DNA of 64,000 nt from Pseudomonadota bacterium (GCA_021819085.1 JAKASJ010000004.1:12728-76727); one strand, 5' to 3'. Numbered from the stretch's first letter, positions 36,722 to 46,568 are shown. The notes: generated by a model not told the origin, from the letters alone. Numbers and translations are program-made.

Positions 36722-37014
36722 TCCGCGTCGTGCTCCCGCACCAGCTGTGCCGTCTGGCGGGCGTTGACGGGGAGGTGCGCCTGGCGCTGGAAGGCTCCGT
36801 GACGCTCGGTGGTGCGCTGGACGCGCTTGAAGCGCGCTATCCCGTGCTGCGCGGAACGGTCCGCGACCATGCTACGCTGAAACGCCGGCCGTTCGTGCGG
36901 TTTTTCGCCTGCAAGGAAGATCTGTCTTTCGTTCCTCCGGATACCCTGTTGCCGGGCGCGGTGGCCAGCGGTGAGGAACCGTTTCTGATCGTAGGGGCAA
37001 TTGCGGGAGGCTGA
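36718..37014 (+). CDS. MoaD/ThiS-family ubiquitin-like beta-grasp protein ending in Gly-Gly
   Basis: In-frame GTG 36718 overlaps the BNR gene TGA (GTGA). 98 aa: [16 protein letters not shown]...[13 protein letters not shown]-stop. Length, pattern and C-terminal GG are as in sulfur-carrier proteins. Confidence 0.65.
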   Translation: MIRVVLPHQLCRLAGVDGEVRLALEGSVTLGGALDALEARYPVLRGTVRDHATLKRRPFVRFFACKEDLSFVPPDTLLPGAVASGEEPFLIVGAIAGG

Positions 37015-37332
37015 CCCGAGGCGTGGCCGATGAGAGCCAGCAGCTAACGCAACCGCGGCCTGTATGGTTTGTGCGCGAATGGATGCGCTGGATTGTCAGC
37101 GCGAGTCGAATACCGGATGGCCATCCTGTCAGCCAGCACCGGGCGGTCGGTTTGTCGGCAAGCGATTCGGCGTGAAGACGCTGGCGTTGGCCAGGGGACG
37201 GAGCGGGACGTATTCGGCCGACTGCGTCAGCGGGTTGGATCCATTGATGAAGAAATGCAGTTCGGTCGGGCCGAAGATCCCGGGTGTCGACGACGATGTT
37301 GCAGTTCAATCCAGCGGTCGTGAGATTTCCGG

Positions 37333-37887
37333 TTAAGGGCACTTGCGTCCGGTCAACATTGCACGCGCGAGATTTTCCTTGTGCATCACACTGGCAGCAA
37401 CGACACCGACGATATGCAACATCACCAGAGCGAGCGTGACGTTTGCAAGCAGCTCATGGGGTTCCTTGAGGGCTCGCTTGCTGATTCCGCTCATGGCGCT
37501 GGCCAGCGGCCCGGCATGCTCACCGGCTCCGTATAGCATTACTCCCGTTACCGTCGTCGCCAGAAGAAACAGAAGCAGCAGCAGAACCATCGCTCCTCCG
37601 GCCGGGCTGTGTCCGAGATAGCGTCGGGGATGCGCAAGCACAATTTCCTTCAGGTTGGAAAGTACTGCCGAAGGCGGATACGTAAAATCGCGGAAGCGCG
37701 CGTGTTCTGACCCGATGAAGCCCCAAAGAATCCGGAATATGACGAGCGCGAGGACGACATAGCCTGCCCAGACATGGGGCGTGAGCAGATCCTCCGTAAA
37801 GTAGGCCACGAAAAATGAGATGGCGGTCACCCAGTGAAACAGGCGCACTTCCGGGTCCCAGACCAGAATGCCTTCTGTGCGTTTCAT
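37333..37887 (-). CDS. Cytochrome b561 / Ni-hydrogenase-type b cytochrome family membrane protein
   Basis: 184 aa, 4 TM. VRLFHWVTAISFFVAYFT, His residues in TM1, TM2 and TM4 (HLLANVTLALVMLHIVGV), C-terminal ENLARAMLTGRK. Confidence 0.8.
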   Translation of the reverse strand: MKRTEGILVWDPEVRLFHWVTAISFFVAYFTEDLLTPHVWAGYVVLALVIFRILWGFIGSEHARFRDFTYPPSAVLSNLKEIVLAHPRRYLGHSPAGGAMVLLLLLFLLATTVTGVMLYGAGEHAGPLASAMSGISKRALKEPHELLANVTLALVMLHIVGVVAASVMHKENLARAMLTGRKCP

Positions 37888-38512
37888 CGTTTCACCTCTC
37901 GACTTGCTGATGGATGTAGGTTTTCGGGTTGCAGATCCTATCCATCCCGCTCCTTTCTTTATTTAAAGTAAGGTGGAGCGCCCGGAAGTGTGTTCGTATG
38001 TGCGCCGGCCCCTCGTGAAGCGCGACAGGACATCCAAGTCTCTCTCGCGCACTCGGTTAGAGCCGGCGCACTCTTTGTGCCTGCGCCTCCGGCTACGGCA
38101 CGGCCGCGGCCGCCCTGCGGTCGAGCGGTGCGCGCTTTCGGCGCGCACCAAACGCTCGCCCCACAATGGCTGGACGGCGTTTCGGGTGTCCTTGCAGGTG
38201 GCCTTACGGCCACCCGCCCGGACTCTACGCCTACCGCGGACTACTCGCCTCGGTGCTTCGCACCTTCCCTGGCTCGCAGCGGATGTGCGTCAAAAATCGC
38301 AGGACCGGAGAAGAAATTCACCACTTGGCAATGTTTTCGTGACCTCGGCCTTCGGAAACGCCGGAAAGCCGATCCGTGGTTGATCTCCGGATCTGACGGG
38401 CAGTGCCGGCGTCACCACACCTGCCCTGGTTTGCGGGCCCGCGATGGACAGGGGGATCCATAAAGGAAAATCCCATGCCGTCCGCCTTTGTCAGCTTGCC
38501 GCCTTAGGAATG

Positions 38513-39274
38513 TTAGGCGAAGAATATGCCCGGCGTCGCCCTGGCCGGTCCGCCCAGCGCCAACCCTGCGAGCGCGCGCAAGCGCTCGAGATCGCACAAC
38601 TGGATGTGGCGTGCGCGCGTGCGCGTCAGACCCTCGTCGTCAAAGTGCCGCAGAATCCGGCTCACGGTTTCGAGGGCAAGTCCGAGGTAGCAGCCGATTT
38701 CATAGCGCGACATGCTCAACCGCAGACTGTGGGCGGCACGCTGAGGTTCAGGCAGGCGTGCGTCGATTCCCAGCAGAAAGCCGGCAAGACGCTCATCGGC
38801 GTGCTTCTTGCTCAGCACCATCATCTGCTCGTACAGCTCGTTTATACGGTGCGCGAGAAGCCGATGGACACGTTGCTGGACCGCCGGGATGCGCCGGTAC
38901 ATTGCCCTGATCTCTGGCACCGGCAACGCACGCACTGTCGTGGGTTCGAGCACTCCGGCGGACGAACCATGCGTGGGTTCGCCCAGGACATCGAGCCCGA
39001 AGAACTCTCCGGGCAGGCAAAATGCGAAGATCTGCTCGGCGCCGCTGCTGGTGATGCCGTATAGCTTGACTGACCCTGATTCGACGACATACAGACTTGG
39101 GTCGCTGTCTCCGGCGTGGAACAGGTGCTGGCCGCGCACGTACCGGCGTGGTGGCCCTGCAATCGACATGAGCAATTCGCGTGTGCCCCGCGTAGTGGCG
39201 GAAATGGCCGGTGTTCCGCGGACTGGAAGGAAAGGTGTCGTGCGGGAAGTGCTGTTGCCAAGGTTAATGTTCAT
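38513..39274 (-). CDS. Crp/Fnr-family transcriptional regulator (no Fnr-type Cys cluster)
   Basis: AAGGAGGTATC precedes ATG 39274. cNMP-binding-like barrel (LFHAGDSDPSLYVVESGSVKLY...FCLPGEFFGL). C-terminal HTH (SMSRYEIGCYLGLALETVSRILRHF). Confidence 0.85.
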   Translation of the reverse strand: MNINLGNSTSRTTPFLPVRGTPAISATTRGTRELLMSIAGPPRRYVRGQHLFHAGDSDPSLYVVESGSVKLYGITSSGAEQIFAFCLPGEFFGLDVLGEPTHGSSAGVLEPTTVRALPVPEIRAMYRRIPAVQQRVHRLLAHRINELYEQMMVLSKKHADERLAGFLLGIDARLPEPQRAAHSLRLSMSRYEIGCYLGLALETVSRILRHFDDEGLTRTRARHIQLCDLERLRALAGLALGGPARATPGIFFA

Positions 39275-39360
39275 CGATACCTCCTTGAGGGAATTGGAAA
39301 ATCCGCATCATGCGGAAGTGCGGGTAGAGGCGCGTACACGGCCGGCAACGTGTCGACTCC

Positions 39361-40272
39361 TCAGAGCCGTTCGACGGCGTGGCGCTTTGCGGCATAACAG
39401 GCAAGGTCCGCGGCGGCGAGCACGGAAGCCGGCGTATGGTTCCCGGCGGTAATGGCGACAGCGCCAATGCTTACGCCGAGCCGGAAACTCGTTCCGGACC
39501 AAATGAATTTCTGCTCTGCGAGCGTCTGCGCAAGCGTGCGTGCATGCGCGTTGGCCAGGTCGATCGGGCAGTGCTCGAGAAGAAGTGCGAATTCGTCACC
39601 GCCGAGACGGGCGAGCGTGTCACGCTCGCGAACCGAAGCGCGGAATATTTCGGCTACTTTGCGCAGGACGGAATCTCCGGCCGCGTGTCCGTGAGTGTCA
39701 TTGACCAGCTTGAAGTGGTCCAGATCCATATAGAGCAGTGCATGCTGTTCGCCAGCGCGAAGCGTTTCAAGCAGGCGTTCCAAGCGGCGCTCGAATTCCC
39801 GGCGGTTGGCGAGACGGGTGAGGGAGTCGTGTGTAGCATTGAGTGCGAGCTCGCGCAAGCCGGTAGCGTCGCGCAGCACCAGAACCACTCCTTCCGACTC
39901 ACGGTCCGGACCTCTCAAAACGGAGCAGGAATCCTCCACCGGTATCTCAGTCCCCGTCCACTGTTGCAGCAGATCGAATTCGTTCGGTCTGGGGCGGGTG
40001 CTGCGGGCGATAAAGCGTGTGAGCGGATCAGAAACGCGTTTATGTGTGACCCCATCCAGGATCGTAATGACGTCAGACAGCATCCGGCCACGCACGCTGC
40101 CGCGATTCAAGCCGATCAGGCGTATCGCCGCGAAATTCAGATACAGGACCTTTCCGGTAAAGTCGGTGACTATGACCGGGTCTGGCAAGGATTCGAGCAC
40201 GGTCGCGCAAATCTCTGCCGTAGTAAAGACGGACGTGCTGGTTGGCTCTGCGGTCATGATGGTTTCCACCAA
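39361..40272 (-). CDS. PAS-domain diguanylate cyclase (GGDEF)
   Basis: 303 aa. N-terminal PAS (VLESLPDPVIVTDFTGKVLYLN), then HDSLTRLANRREF...RLGGDEFALLL. Confidence 0.85.
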   Translation of the reverse strand: MVETIMTAEPTSTSVFTTAEICATVLESLPDPVIVTDFTGKVLYLNFAAIRLIGLNRGSVRGRMLSDVITILDGVTHKRVSDPLTRFIARSTRPRPNEFDLLQQWTGTEIPVEDSCSVLRGPDRESEGVVLVLRDATGLRELALNATHDSLTRLANRREFERRLERLLETLRAGEQHALLYMDLDHFKLVNDTHGHAAGDSVLRKVAEIFRASVRERDTLARLGGDEFALLLEHCPIDLANAHARTLAQTLAEQKFIWSGTSFRLGVSIGAVAITAGNHTPASVLAAADLACYAAKRHAVERL

Positions 40273-40435
40273 CGGCTTTCTGCCCGGAATTTCCAGAGAA
40301 GGCCCGCGTTGTCTCGCAGACTTGGGGGATTATTGTCCGGCGGTGCCCATTTTTGTAATCGGTGCGAATGCGTACGGACAACTACGTACAGGGTGGAAAA
40401 CGGCGAATTTGCGACGCGGTTCGGGTGAACCCCGG

Positions 40436-41056
40436 CTAATGGACCGGAAAAGTGGCGGAGGCGCAGAGTTGCCCGATCCTGATCAGATCGGCCAGACTGT
40501 CGGCGCCGAGTTTTCCCATGATGTGGCTGCGATGGACCTCGACAGTTCGCGGGCTGATCCCGAGCGAACGGGCGATCTCCTTGCTGGTTTTTCCTTCCGC
40601 GACCTGTATCAGAATTTCGCGCTCGCGCACGGTAAGGCGATCGTACAGGGCGCCAAGGGCGGCCTGCTCCGCGCTGACCGTGCGACGGCGCGAATCCTGC
40701 GCAAGCGCGTCGCGCACGCGCGCGAGCAGCACATCCGGGTTGGCCGGCTTCTCCAGAAAATCCACGGCGCCGGCCTTGAGCGCACGCACTGACATGGGAA
40801 TATCGCCATGCCCCGTGAGAAAGATGACGGGCAGTAAAATATTTTGCTCGGAAAGCGCCTTCTGCAGTTCGATGCCACTCATGCCCGGCATGTGCAAGTC
40901 CAGCACGAGGCAGCCGCAGACATCGGGCGGACAGGTCGCGAGGAAATCCTCGGCGCTTTCATAGGCGCACACCGCGAATCCCTCGGTACGGAACAGGACG
41001 CCGAGCGCATCGCGAACAGCAGCGTCGTCGTCCACGAGAAAGACGGTCGGAGTCAT
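40436..41056 (-). CDS. FixJ/NarL (LuxR-HTH) family response regulator
   Basis: Start moved to ATG 41056, which overlaps the upstream kinase stop (ATGA). REC (VFLVDDDAAVRDAL...LVLDLHMPGMSG), then LTVREREILIQVAEGKTSKEIARSLGISPRTVEVHR. Confidence 0.9.
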   Translation of the reverse strand: MTPTVFLVDDDAAVRDALGVLFRTEGFAVCAYESAEDFLATCPPDVCGCLVLDLHMPGMSGIELQKALSEQNILLPVIFLTGHGDIPMSVRALKAGAVDFLEKPANPDVLLARVRDALAQDSRRRTVSAEQAALGALYDRLTVREREILIQVAEGKTSKEIARSLGISPRTVEVHRSHIMGKLGADSLADLIRIGQLCASATFPVH

Positions 41057-42570
41057 GGTTCTATAGGGACCGTAAAGTGAAATATGGCGCCTCCCTGCGC
41101 GGTTTCGGACCACAGCCGGCCCCCTTGAGCCTCTACGATGGTGCGGCTGATGGCAAGGCCCATGCCGAGTCCTTCAGCTTTGGTGGTAAAAAAAGGCTGG
41201 AACAGCCGTTTTGCATCTTCCGGGTCGAGGCCCGGCCCCGTGTCCGCAACGCTGATTCGCACAAAGCCAGCATCATCCGTCTGGGTGCGCACAGTGACCG
41301 CGCCGTTTCGCGTATCGCTGTCGCGCACTGCTTCCAGCGCGTTTTGCAGCAGATTGAGCAGCACTTTCTCGACCGCGATGCGTCCGACGCGCACCTTCGG
41401 TACGATGCCCGGGTCCAGTTTCAGGTTGATGCCGGCTGCCTCGGCCTCGGGTGCGACCTGGGAAACGACCTTGTCAACGAGGCTGTTCAGGTCTTCCACC
41501 GACGTCTCAGGCGCGCCACGACGCAAAAAGTGTCTTATATCGCGGATGATATGTGCAGCACGTTGCGCCTGTAGCGCCGTCTGCTCGATGTTGCGGTTGA
41601 GTTGTCCGTTCTCCTGACCGTTGCGGATCATCCGCAGACTGGCATCACTGTAGCTGACGATCGCTGCAAGCGGCTGACTGAGTTCATGCGCAAAAACGGA
41701 AGCAAATGCGCCAAGAGCGTATTGGCGGTAGATCCGCTCGATTTCGGCCTGGTAGCGAAGTGCCGCTTCCTCAGCAGCGCGACGTTCGGTAATGTCGAGT
41801 CCGGTCGCAATCACGTATTCGACCTTGCCGGCAGAGTTGGTTAGCGCCGTATTCGACCAGGCAATGAGGCGCTCCGAGCCGTTCTTGTGGCGCCAGCAGT
41901 TGTCGAAGCTGTTTGGAAACAGGCCATCCTGCAGTTGAGCGAAAACTTTTTTTACCGTACTGATTTCCTTGGCGGGTAGCATCAGGTCCCAGACGAATTT
42001 CCCCTGTGCTTCCTCGAAACTGTATCCGGATATGGTTTCGCAGGCCTCGTTCATGCGCACGATCCTCCCTTCGCGATCGAGCACAATGACCACGGCGCCC
42101 ACGGTGGCAAGTACTGCGGAGATGAAGTCCCGTTCCAGCCGCAGGGTCTCTTCCATGCAACGCTTTTCCGTGCGCATCTGCTGCTCCCGCATCGCGCGCT
42201 CAATGACCGTGGGCAGCAGCGCCAGGTATTCGCCGGCCGTATCCTTGAGGAGGTAGTCACGCGCCCCGGAGCGCATGGCTTCGACCGCGATCGAGATATC
42301 TCCGGCACCGGTCAGCATGATCACCGGAGGTGCGTCCTCGAACATGCGGAGCTCAGACAGGACTTCCACGCCGTTCAGATCGGGCAAGCGGTAATCAAGC
42401 AGAATGAGGTCGGGATGATGGGAGCGCGCGTAGGCGAGTCCATCCCGGGCCAGATCAGTCTCGTGTATGTCGAAGACGCTATCGGTCAGGCGGCTGAGCG
42501 CGCGCCGGCAGGCCAGACGGTCTACCTGGTCATCCTCTATGAGCAGCAGGCGTACGATTGGCGTACTCAT
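41053..42570 (-). CDS. Hybrid REC-PAS-histidine kinase
   Basis: 505 aa. N-terminal receiver (LLLIEDDQVDRL...ILLDYRLPDLNG), PAS, H-box FAHELSQPLAAI, HATPase (NLLQNALEA, DTGPGL, GLGMGLAIS). Confidence 0.85.
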   Translation of the reverse strand: MSTPIVRLLLIEDDQVDRLACRRALSRLTDSVFDIHETDLARDGLAYARSHHPDLILLDYRLPDLNGVEVLSELRMFEDAPPVIMLTGAGDISIAVEAMRSGARDYLLKDTAGEYLALLPTVIERAMREQQMRTEKRCMEETLRLERDFISAVLATVGAVVIVLDREGRIVRMNEACETISGYSFEEAQGKFVWDLMLPAKEISTVKKVFAQLQDGLFPNSFDNCWRHKNGSERLIAWSNTALTNSAGKVEYVIATGLDITERRAAEEAALRYQAEIERIYRQYALGAFASVFAHELSQPLAAIVSYSDASLRMIRNGQENGQLNRNIEQTALQAQRAAHIIRDIRHFLRRGAPETSVEDLNSLVDKVVSQVAPEAEAAGINLKLDPGIVPKVRVGRIAVEKVLLNLLQNALEAVRDSDTRNGAVTVRTQTDDAGFVRISVADTGPGLDPEDAKRLFQPFFTTKAEGLGMGLAISRTIVEAQGGRLWSETAQGGAIFHFTVPIEP

Positions 42571-42579
42571 GCGGTCTGG

Positions 42580-42999
42580 CTACTCCGGCATCTCGCTGAC
42601 CGTCCAGTAGCGGTCGATTGTGCGCACGGTCTCGATGAACTGCTGGTAGTCCACGGGCTTCTTCATGTAGCCGGCCACTCCGAGGTCGAAACTCTCGATC
42701 TTGTCCTGCTGCTCTGCGGAGGTCGTGAGCACGACCACCGGGATGCGTCTCAGGTTGTGGTTGCCGTCCTTGACCACCCGCAAAAACTCTATGCCGCCCA
42801 TAACAGGCATGTTGATGTCGAGAAGGACCAAACAGGGGCGCTCCTTGGTGTCGTCATGCAGGTAGGCGAGCGCTTTCTCACCATTTTCGGCACGTTCCAG
42901 GCGGTTCGTGATGTGCAGTGCTTTGAATGCACGATGTACCGCCATTGAGTCGACATCGTCGTCTTCGACCAGCAATATGGGCCTGCTTGTTATTTTCAT
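42580..42999 (-). CDS. Single-domain response regulator (CheY-like)
   Basis: 139 aa. ILLVEDDDVDSMA...VLLDINMPVMGGIEFL...GYMKKP. 4-nt overlap with the upstream kinase stop. Confidence 0.85.
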   Translation of the reverse strand: MKITSRPILLVEDDDVDSMAVHRAFKALHITNRLERAENGEKALAYLHDDTKERPCLVLLDINMPVMGGIEFLRVVKDGNHNLRRIPVVVLTTSAEQQDKIESFDLGVAGYMKKPVDYQQFIETVRTIDRYWTVSEMPE

Positions 43000-44783
43000 A
43001 GCGCGCCTTCCGTATTTGAAAGTCGTGTCGATGATGCTTGTCGCAAGGTAAAGAAGAAGCTGCTTCCCTGGCCGGGTGTTGATTCGATCCAGATTCGACC
43101 ACCGTAAAGTTCGACAATCTTCTTTGCCAGCGCCAGCCCTACGCCCGTACCCTCGATGCGGTCGCGAGGAGCGAGCGTCTGAAACAGTTGAAAAATCTTC
43201 TCATGATGCCGGGGTTCGACGCCCGGCCCGTTGTCGGAGACGCTGAAGTGCAATTCGCCATTAGCCGCATGTCCGGAGATGCGGATAAGCCCTTCGGGCT
43301 TATCCATATATTTTATGGCATTGGAAATCAGATTCTGAAAGAGCTGGCGCATGCGTGTCGGCTCGGCGGTCAGAACCGGCAGCGGACCTTCGATTTCGAC
43401 GCGAATGTGCGGAGGCGGGGAAAGAAGGTCCAGGATCTCGTGGATCATCTCATCGAGATCGACAGAAACTCTTGTCTCCCTGACACGGCCAACGCGCGAG
43501 TACTCAAGAATTCCTTCGATGAGCTGATCCATGCGTCGTACGCGGCCGGCAAGCAGGCGCAGATACTCCTTGCCTTCGGAGTCCAGTCGATCGGTGTAAT
43601 CGGCACGAAGCCAGTCGGCGAGCGAGCCGATGGCACGCAGCGGCGCCTTGAGATCGTGCGATACAATGTAGGCGAAGTTCTTGAGCTCTTCGTTGCTGCT
43701 TTGGAGTTCCTGCATCGTGTTGGCAAGCTCCTGATCCCGTTGCCTGCGTCGGCTGATGTCCCGCAGCACCCCTGTGAACAAGTGCTTTCCTGCAATCCGT
43801 ATCTCGCTCACAGAAAGCTCTATGGGGAAGATGCGACCGTCTTTGCGTCTTCCTTCCGTCTCGCGCCCCATGCCGATGATACGCGCCTTGCCGGTGTGCA
43901 GGTAGTTGCTGATGTAGCTGTCATGCTGTTCGTGGTACGGGTCAGGCATCAGGACTGAGACGTTTTTTCCGATGACCTCGGTCGCGCTGTAGCCGAATGT
44001 GCGTTCAGCAGCAGCATTGAAACGGTCTATGATTCCATTCCCGTCGATCACGATGATCGCCTCAGCCGCAGTGTCGACGATGGCATGCATGCGCTGCTCG
44101 CTCTCACGCAGGAGTTCCGCATGCCTCTTCAATGCAGCTTCAGCCTGGAGACGTTCGTGAATCTCGCGTCGGATACCGACATATAAAAGTGACAGGGATG
44201 CAGCGGAAAAAAGAAGCAGAAGCGCAAGGGTGGCGAGCGTCTCGTGCAGGTGCCGGTCGATCGCCGCCCGCCGCTGGGTCAGCCGAGCCATCTCCGCGCG
44301 CTCCATCTGGCCCACCTGGTTGCGGATCTGGCGCATCAAGGTGCGTCCCGGTCCGCGGGTGAGCCGCTGGCGGATTGCTGAAAAGCTGCGCAGGCGACCT
44401 GAGGGCGGCTGCTCGAACACCAGCAACCGATCAGCAACAGTACGGCGGAGTATGCGCAGCCGCGCATTCTGCTGCGGGTCGTTGGACAGAAGTCGATCGA
44501 GCTCGGCAAGGTACGCGTTGACGCGGGTGACTGCGGCCTGACGCGCGGCAAGGTCGCCATTGTCTCCGAGGATGAGGTAGCTGCGTTCGTGGGCGGTGGC
44601 CTGATTCAATGATGAATCGATACCATCGAATGCCGCGAGTGCTTGCCGGGAGGCCGCAGCGGCCTTGCTGGTATCGATGAATCCGGACATCGCGCGATAG
44701 ACAAGTGCACCCACGATCGCGAGCACTACGAGCGCGAGTGTAAATGCGAACAGGATCTGCGATTCGACCCGCCATCTATTCAT
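42996..44783 (-). CDS. CHASE3-PAS sensor histidine kinase
   Basis: Probable start is ATG 44783 (MNRWRVESQILFAFTLALVVLAIVGALVY...), with the track ORF extending to 44957. TM - CHASE3-like periplasmic region - TM - PAS - H-box FAYIVSHDLKAPL - HATPase. Confidence 0.8.
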   Translation of the reverse strand: MNRWRVESQILFAFTLALVVLAIVGALVYRAMSGFIDTSKAAAASRQALAAFDGIDSSLNQATAHERSYLILGDNGDLAARQAAVTRVNAYLAELDRLLSNDPQQNARLRILRRTVADRLLVFEQPPSGRLRSFSAIRQRLTRGPGRTLMRQIRNQVGQMERAEMARLTQRRAAIDRHLHETLATLALLLLFSAASLSLLYVGIRREIHERLQAEAALKRHAELLRESEQRMHAIVDTAAEAIIVIDGNGIIDRFNAAAERTFGYSATEVIGKNVSVLMPDPYHEQHDSYISNYLHTGKARIIGMGRETEGRRKDGRIFPIELSVSEIRIAGKHLFTGVLRDISRRRQRDQELANTMQELQSSNEELKNFAYIVSHDLKAPLRAIGSLADWLRADYTDRLDSEGKEYLRLLAGRVRRMDQLIEGILEYSRVGRVRETRVSVDLDEMIHEILDLLSPPPHIRVEIEGPLPVLTAEPTRMRQLFQNLISNAIKYMDKPEGLIRISGHAANGELHFSVSDNGPGVEPRHHEKIFQLFQTLAPRDRIEGTGVGLALAKKIVELYGGRIWIESTPGQGSSFFFTLRQASSTRLSNTEGAL

Positions 44784-45427
44784 GATCGGACCCCAGGATC
44801 TGCCGACAGGCTCAGCACGTTCGTTCATATCGCTGCAATTTCCGGAATACGTCCCCGTGGGTGCGCGTGCACCCTGGGCAATCCGTCCCGCCCCAGATCG
44901 ACGTGTGCATGCCGCATTCGGGGCAGCCGGTATGTTTGGGTGCAACGAACGAGACAACCGCGCCGCGGATCCCGACCCGTCTTGAGCTTAGCACGACCAT
45001 TATCCCGTCCGTAAATCCGGGCAGCCGGTCGGCCGCAAGAGCGGCACCGTGTTGCCTGGAATCGGGCCGGCCGAGCACGCGCGAATACGAAATTCAGCAG
45101 CGGCCCAGTTTAGCCCCAAGGCTGGCGCCATGCGGAACATTTGCGGGTGACCGGATGAGTGAAATGCCGCTTTACGGACAAATGAGGATTTTTTTGCCAT
45201 TAAAAAAATGCGGGACCCGGGCGGGAGCGGGGATGCGGGCAGTCACACGGGTGGCTACTTCATGGGACTGCGGTCAGATAAGTAGATACACGGATTTTCG
45301 CGTTGTGCCACCGGTGGTCTAATCCATGTTCTCCGACCGTCCGCGGCCGCCGGGGTGCCATAGTGGGAAAATTGCGCACAGGGCTATCCCGCGCGAGCGG
45401 GGCAAGTCCGTTTAAGGGAAACACTTC

Positions 45428-45934
45428 ATGAGAATGAATCACCGCTGGGGATTCCGCGAACCAATCGAACGTGAAGCCGTGATATATGGTCGTGGTGCGA
45501 AGCCGGTTTGCGGGCAAACTCAAAATGTGAGTTTCGACGGAATTTTCGTAGCCGGACGGAAAGCCGCTTTGCATCTAGGAACGCTGGTGGATCTGGTGGT
45601 GACACGGCATGCGCATGGCGTCACGTGGACTCAGCAGATACCCGCGGAAGTGGCGCGCTTGACCGAACAGGGCATCGGGTTAATGTTTGCGCTGCACGAC
45701 GCCGGCAAAATTTCCCGATTCGTCGCATTGCTGCGGAGCAGCGGGTCGATGCTCAGGGTCCGGAGATCCGACTCACATGGCGGTTTCGGAGAATACATCA
45801 GCAATCATGGCGCGCTTCTTTCTACCATGAGCCGCCGGAAGGCCGCAATAGCGGGTGAGGTCCCAGCCGCGGATTCGGTCGACGATCACAACACGGTGAC
45901 AGGAGAAGATCATGACAACGGCAAGACAGGTTGA
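45428..45934 (+). CDS. PilZ-domain protein (c-di-GMP receptor candidate)
   Basis: RxxxR (HRWGFR) near the N-terminus and N-x-S-x-x-G (NVSFDG) about 30 aa later. Low-complexity C-terminal tail. Confidence 0.65.
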   Translation: MRMNHRWGFREPIEREAVIYGRGAKPVCGQTQNVSFDGIFVAGRKAALHLGTLVDLVVTRHAHGVTWTQQIPAEVARLTEQGIGLMFALHDAGKISRFVALLRSSGSMLRVRRSDSHGGFGEYISNHGALLSTMSRRKAAIAGEVPAADSVDDHNTVTGEDHDNGKTG

Positions 45935-46268
45935 GCAGCGCTGGAACGAACGGCGAGCGGTTCAGTTCGAAGTCAATCTTAACGCGGATGGGCAGCCGCC
46001 GCAGCAGGCGGTGTGCCGAGACCTCGGCTTCGGCGGCATGTATGTCGAGATAGACCCGCAGGCGATTTCACTCAATGAGGGACTCTACATCGATCTCCAT
46101 CTCGGAAATTCCGGGCAGCAGAAGGATCACCCCATTCCAGCCCGAGTCGTGCGTATCGGCGCTGAAGGGGCAGGGCTCATGTTCAGCGGTTTCAAGCTGG
46201 AGAACGTGAAGACGCTGCGTGATGCCATCTACGGTCGCGAAAGAGGCCAGTCTCCGGCGCACGGTTGA
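45912..46268 (+). CDS. PilZ-domain protein, second copy (degenerate second motif)
   Basis: RxxxR (RWNER) and DLGFGG in place of DxSxxG. Overlaps the upstream PilZ gene by 23 nt. Confidence 0.6.
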   Translation: MTTARQVEQRWNERRAVQFEVNLNADGQPPQQAVCRDLGFGGMYVEIDPQAISLNEGLYIDLHLGNSGQQKDHPIPARVVRIGAEGAGLMFSGFKLENVKTLRDAIYGRERGQSPAHG

Positions 46269-46568
46269 ATCGCCGCATGGGGCCCCCTGTCTGTTGTGGG
46301 GGCTGGTATCGCTGTTGACTGGCCGGAATTGGCGGTTGCCTGCAGTTAGGGCCGGGGCATGGATTGCCGAACGGTGGAAACCGGATTGCGGAAATAGAGA
46401 TGGTCCGCGGACGGACGTGCTAGCGCAACGAGCAGGGCACATTCGATGCCGGTCGCTTCTTCCCGATCCTGCCTGCGAGATATGATCAGGTTCCGGACGG
46501 TTCGGACTTCCAATGTGATTGCGGCCTGGTGGGTGGCGATGTGCGGGTGCGACCTGCGAGGTTAGCAC

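Noticed and set aside
38127-38214. Two perfect GC hairpins (GGTGCGCGC-tttcg-GCGCGCACC and GGTGGCC-ttac-GGCCACC) as REP-type repeats or terminators
   Set aside because: They are not repeated elsewhere in the window, lack U-tracts, and lie 300-380 nt beyond the crp-like stop. There is not enough evidence to call either a REP family or a terminator.
45186-45208. A/T-only hairpin TTTTTTT-gccat-TAAAAAAA in the divergent promoter region between the CHASE3 kinase and the PilZ genes
   Set aside because: A pure A:T stem is thermodynamically weak. It is more likely promoter UP-element/curvature sequence than a discrete element.
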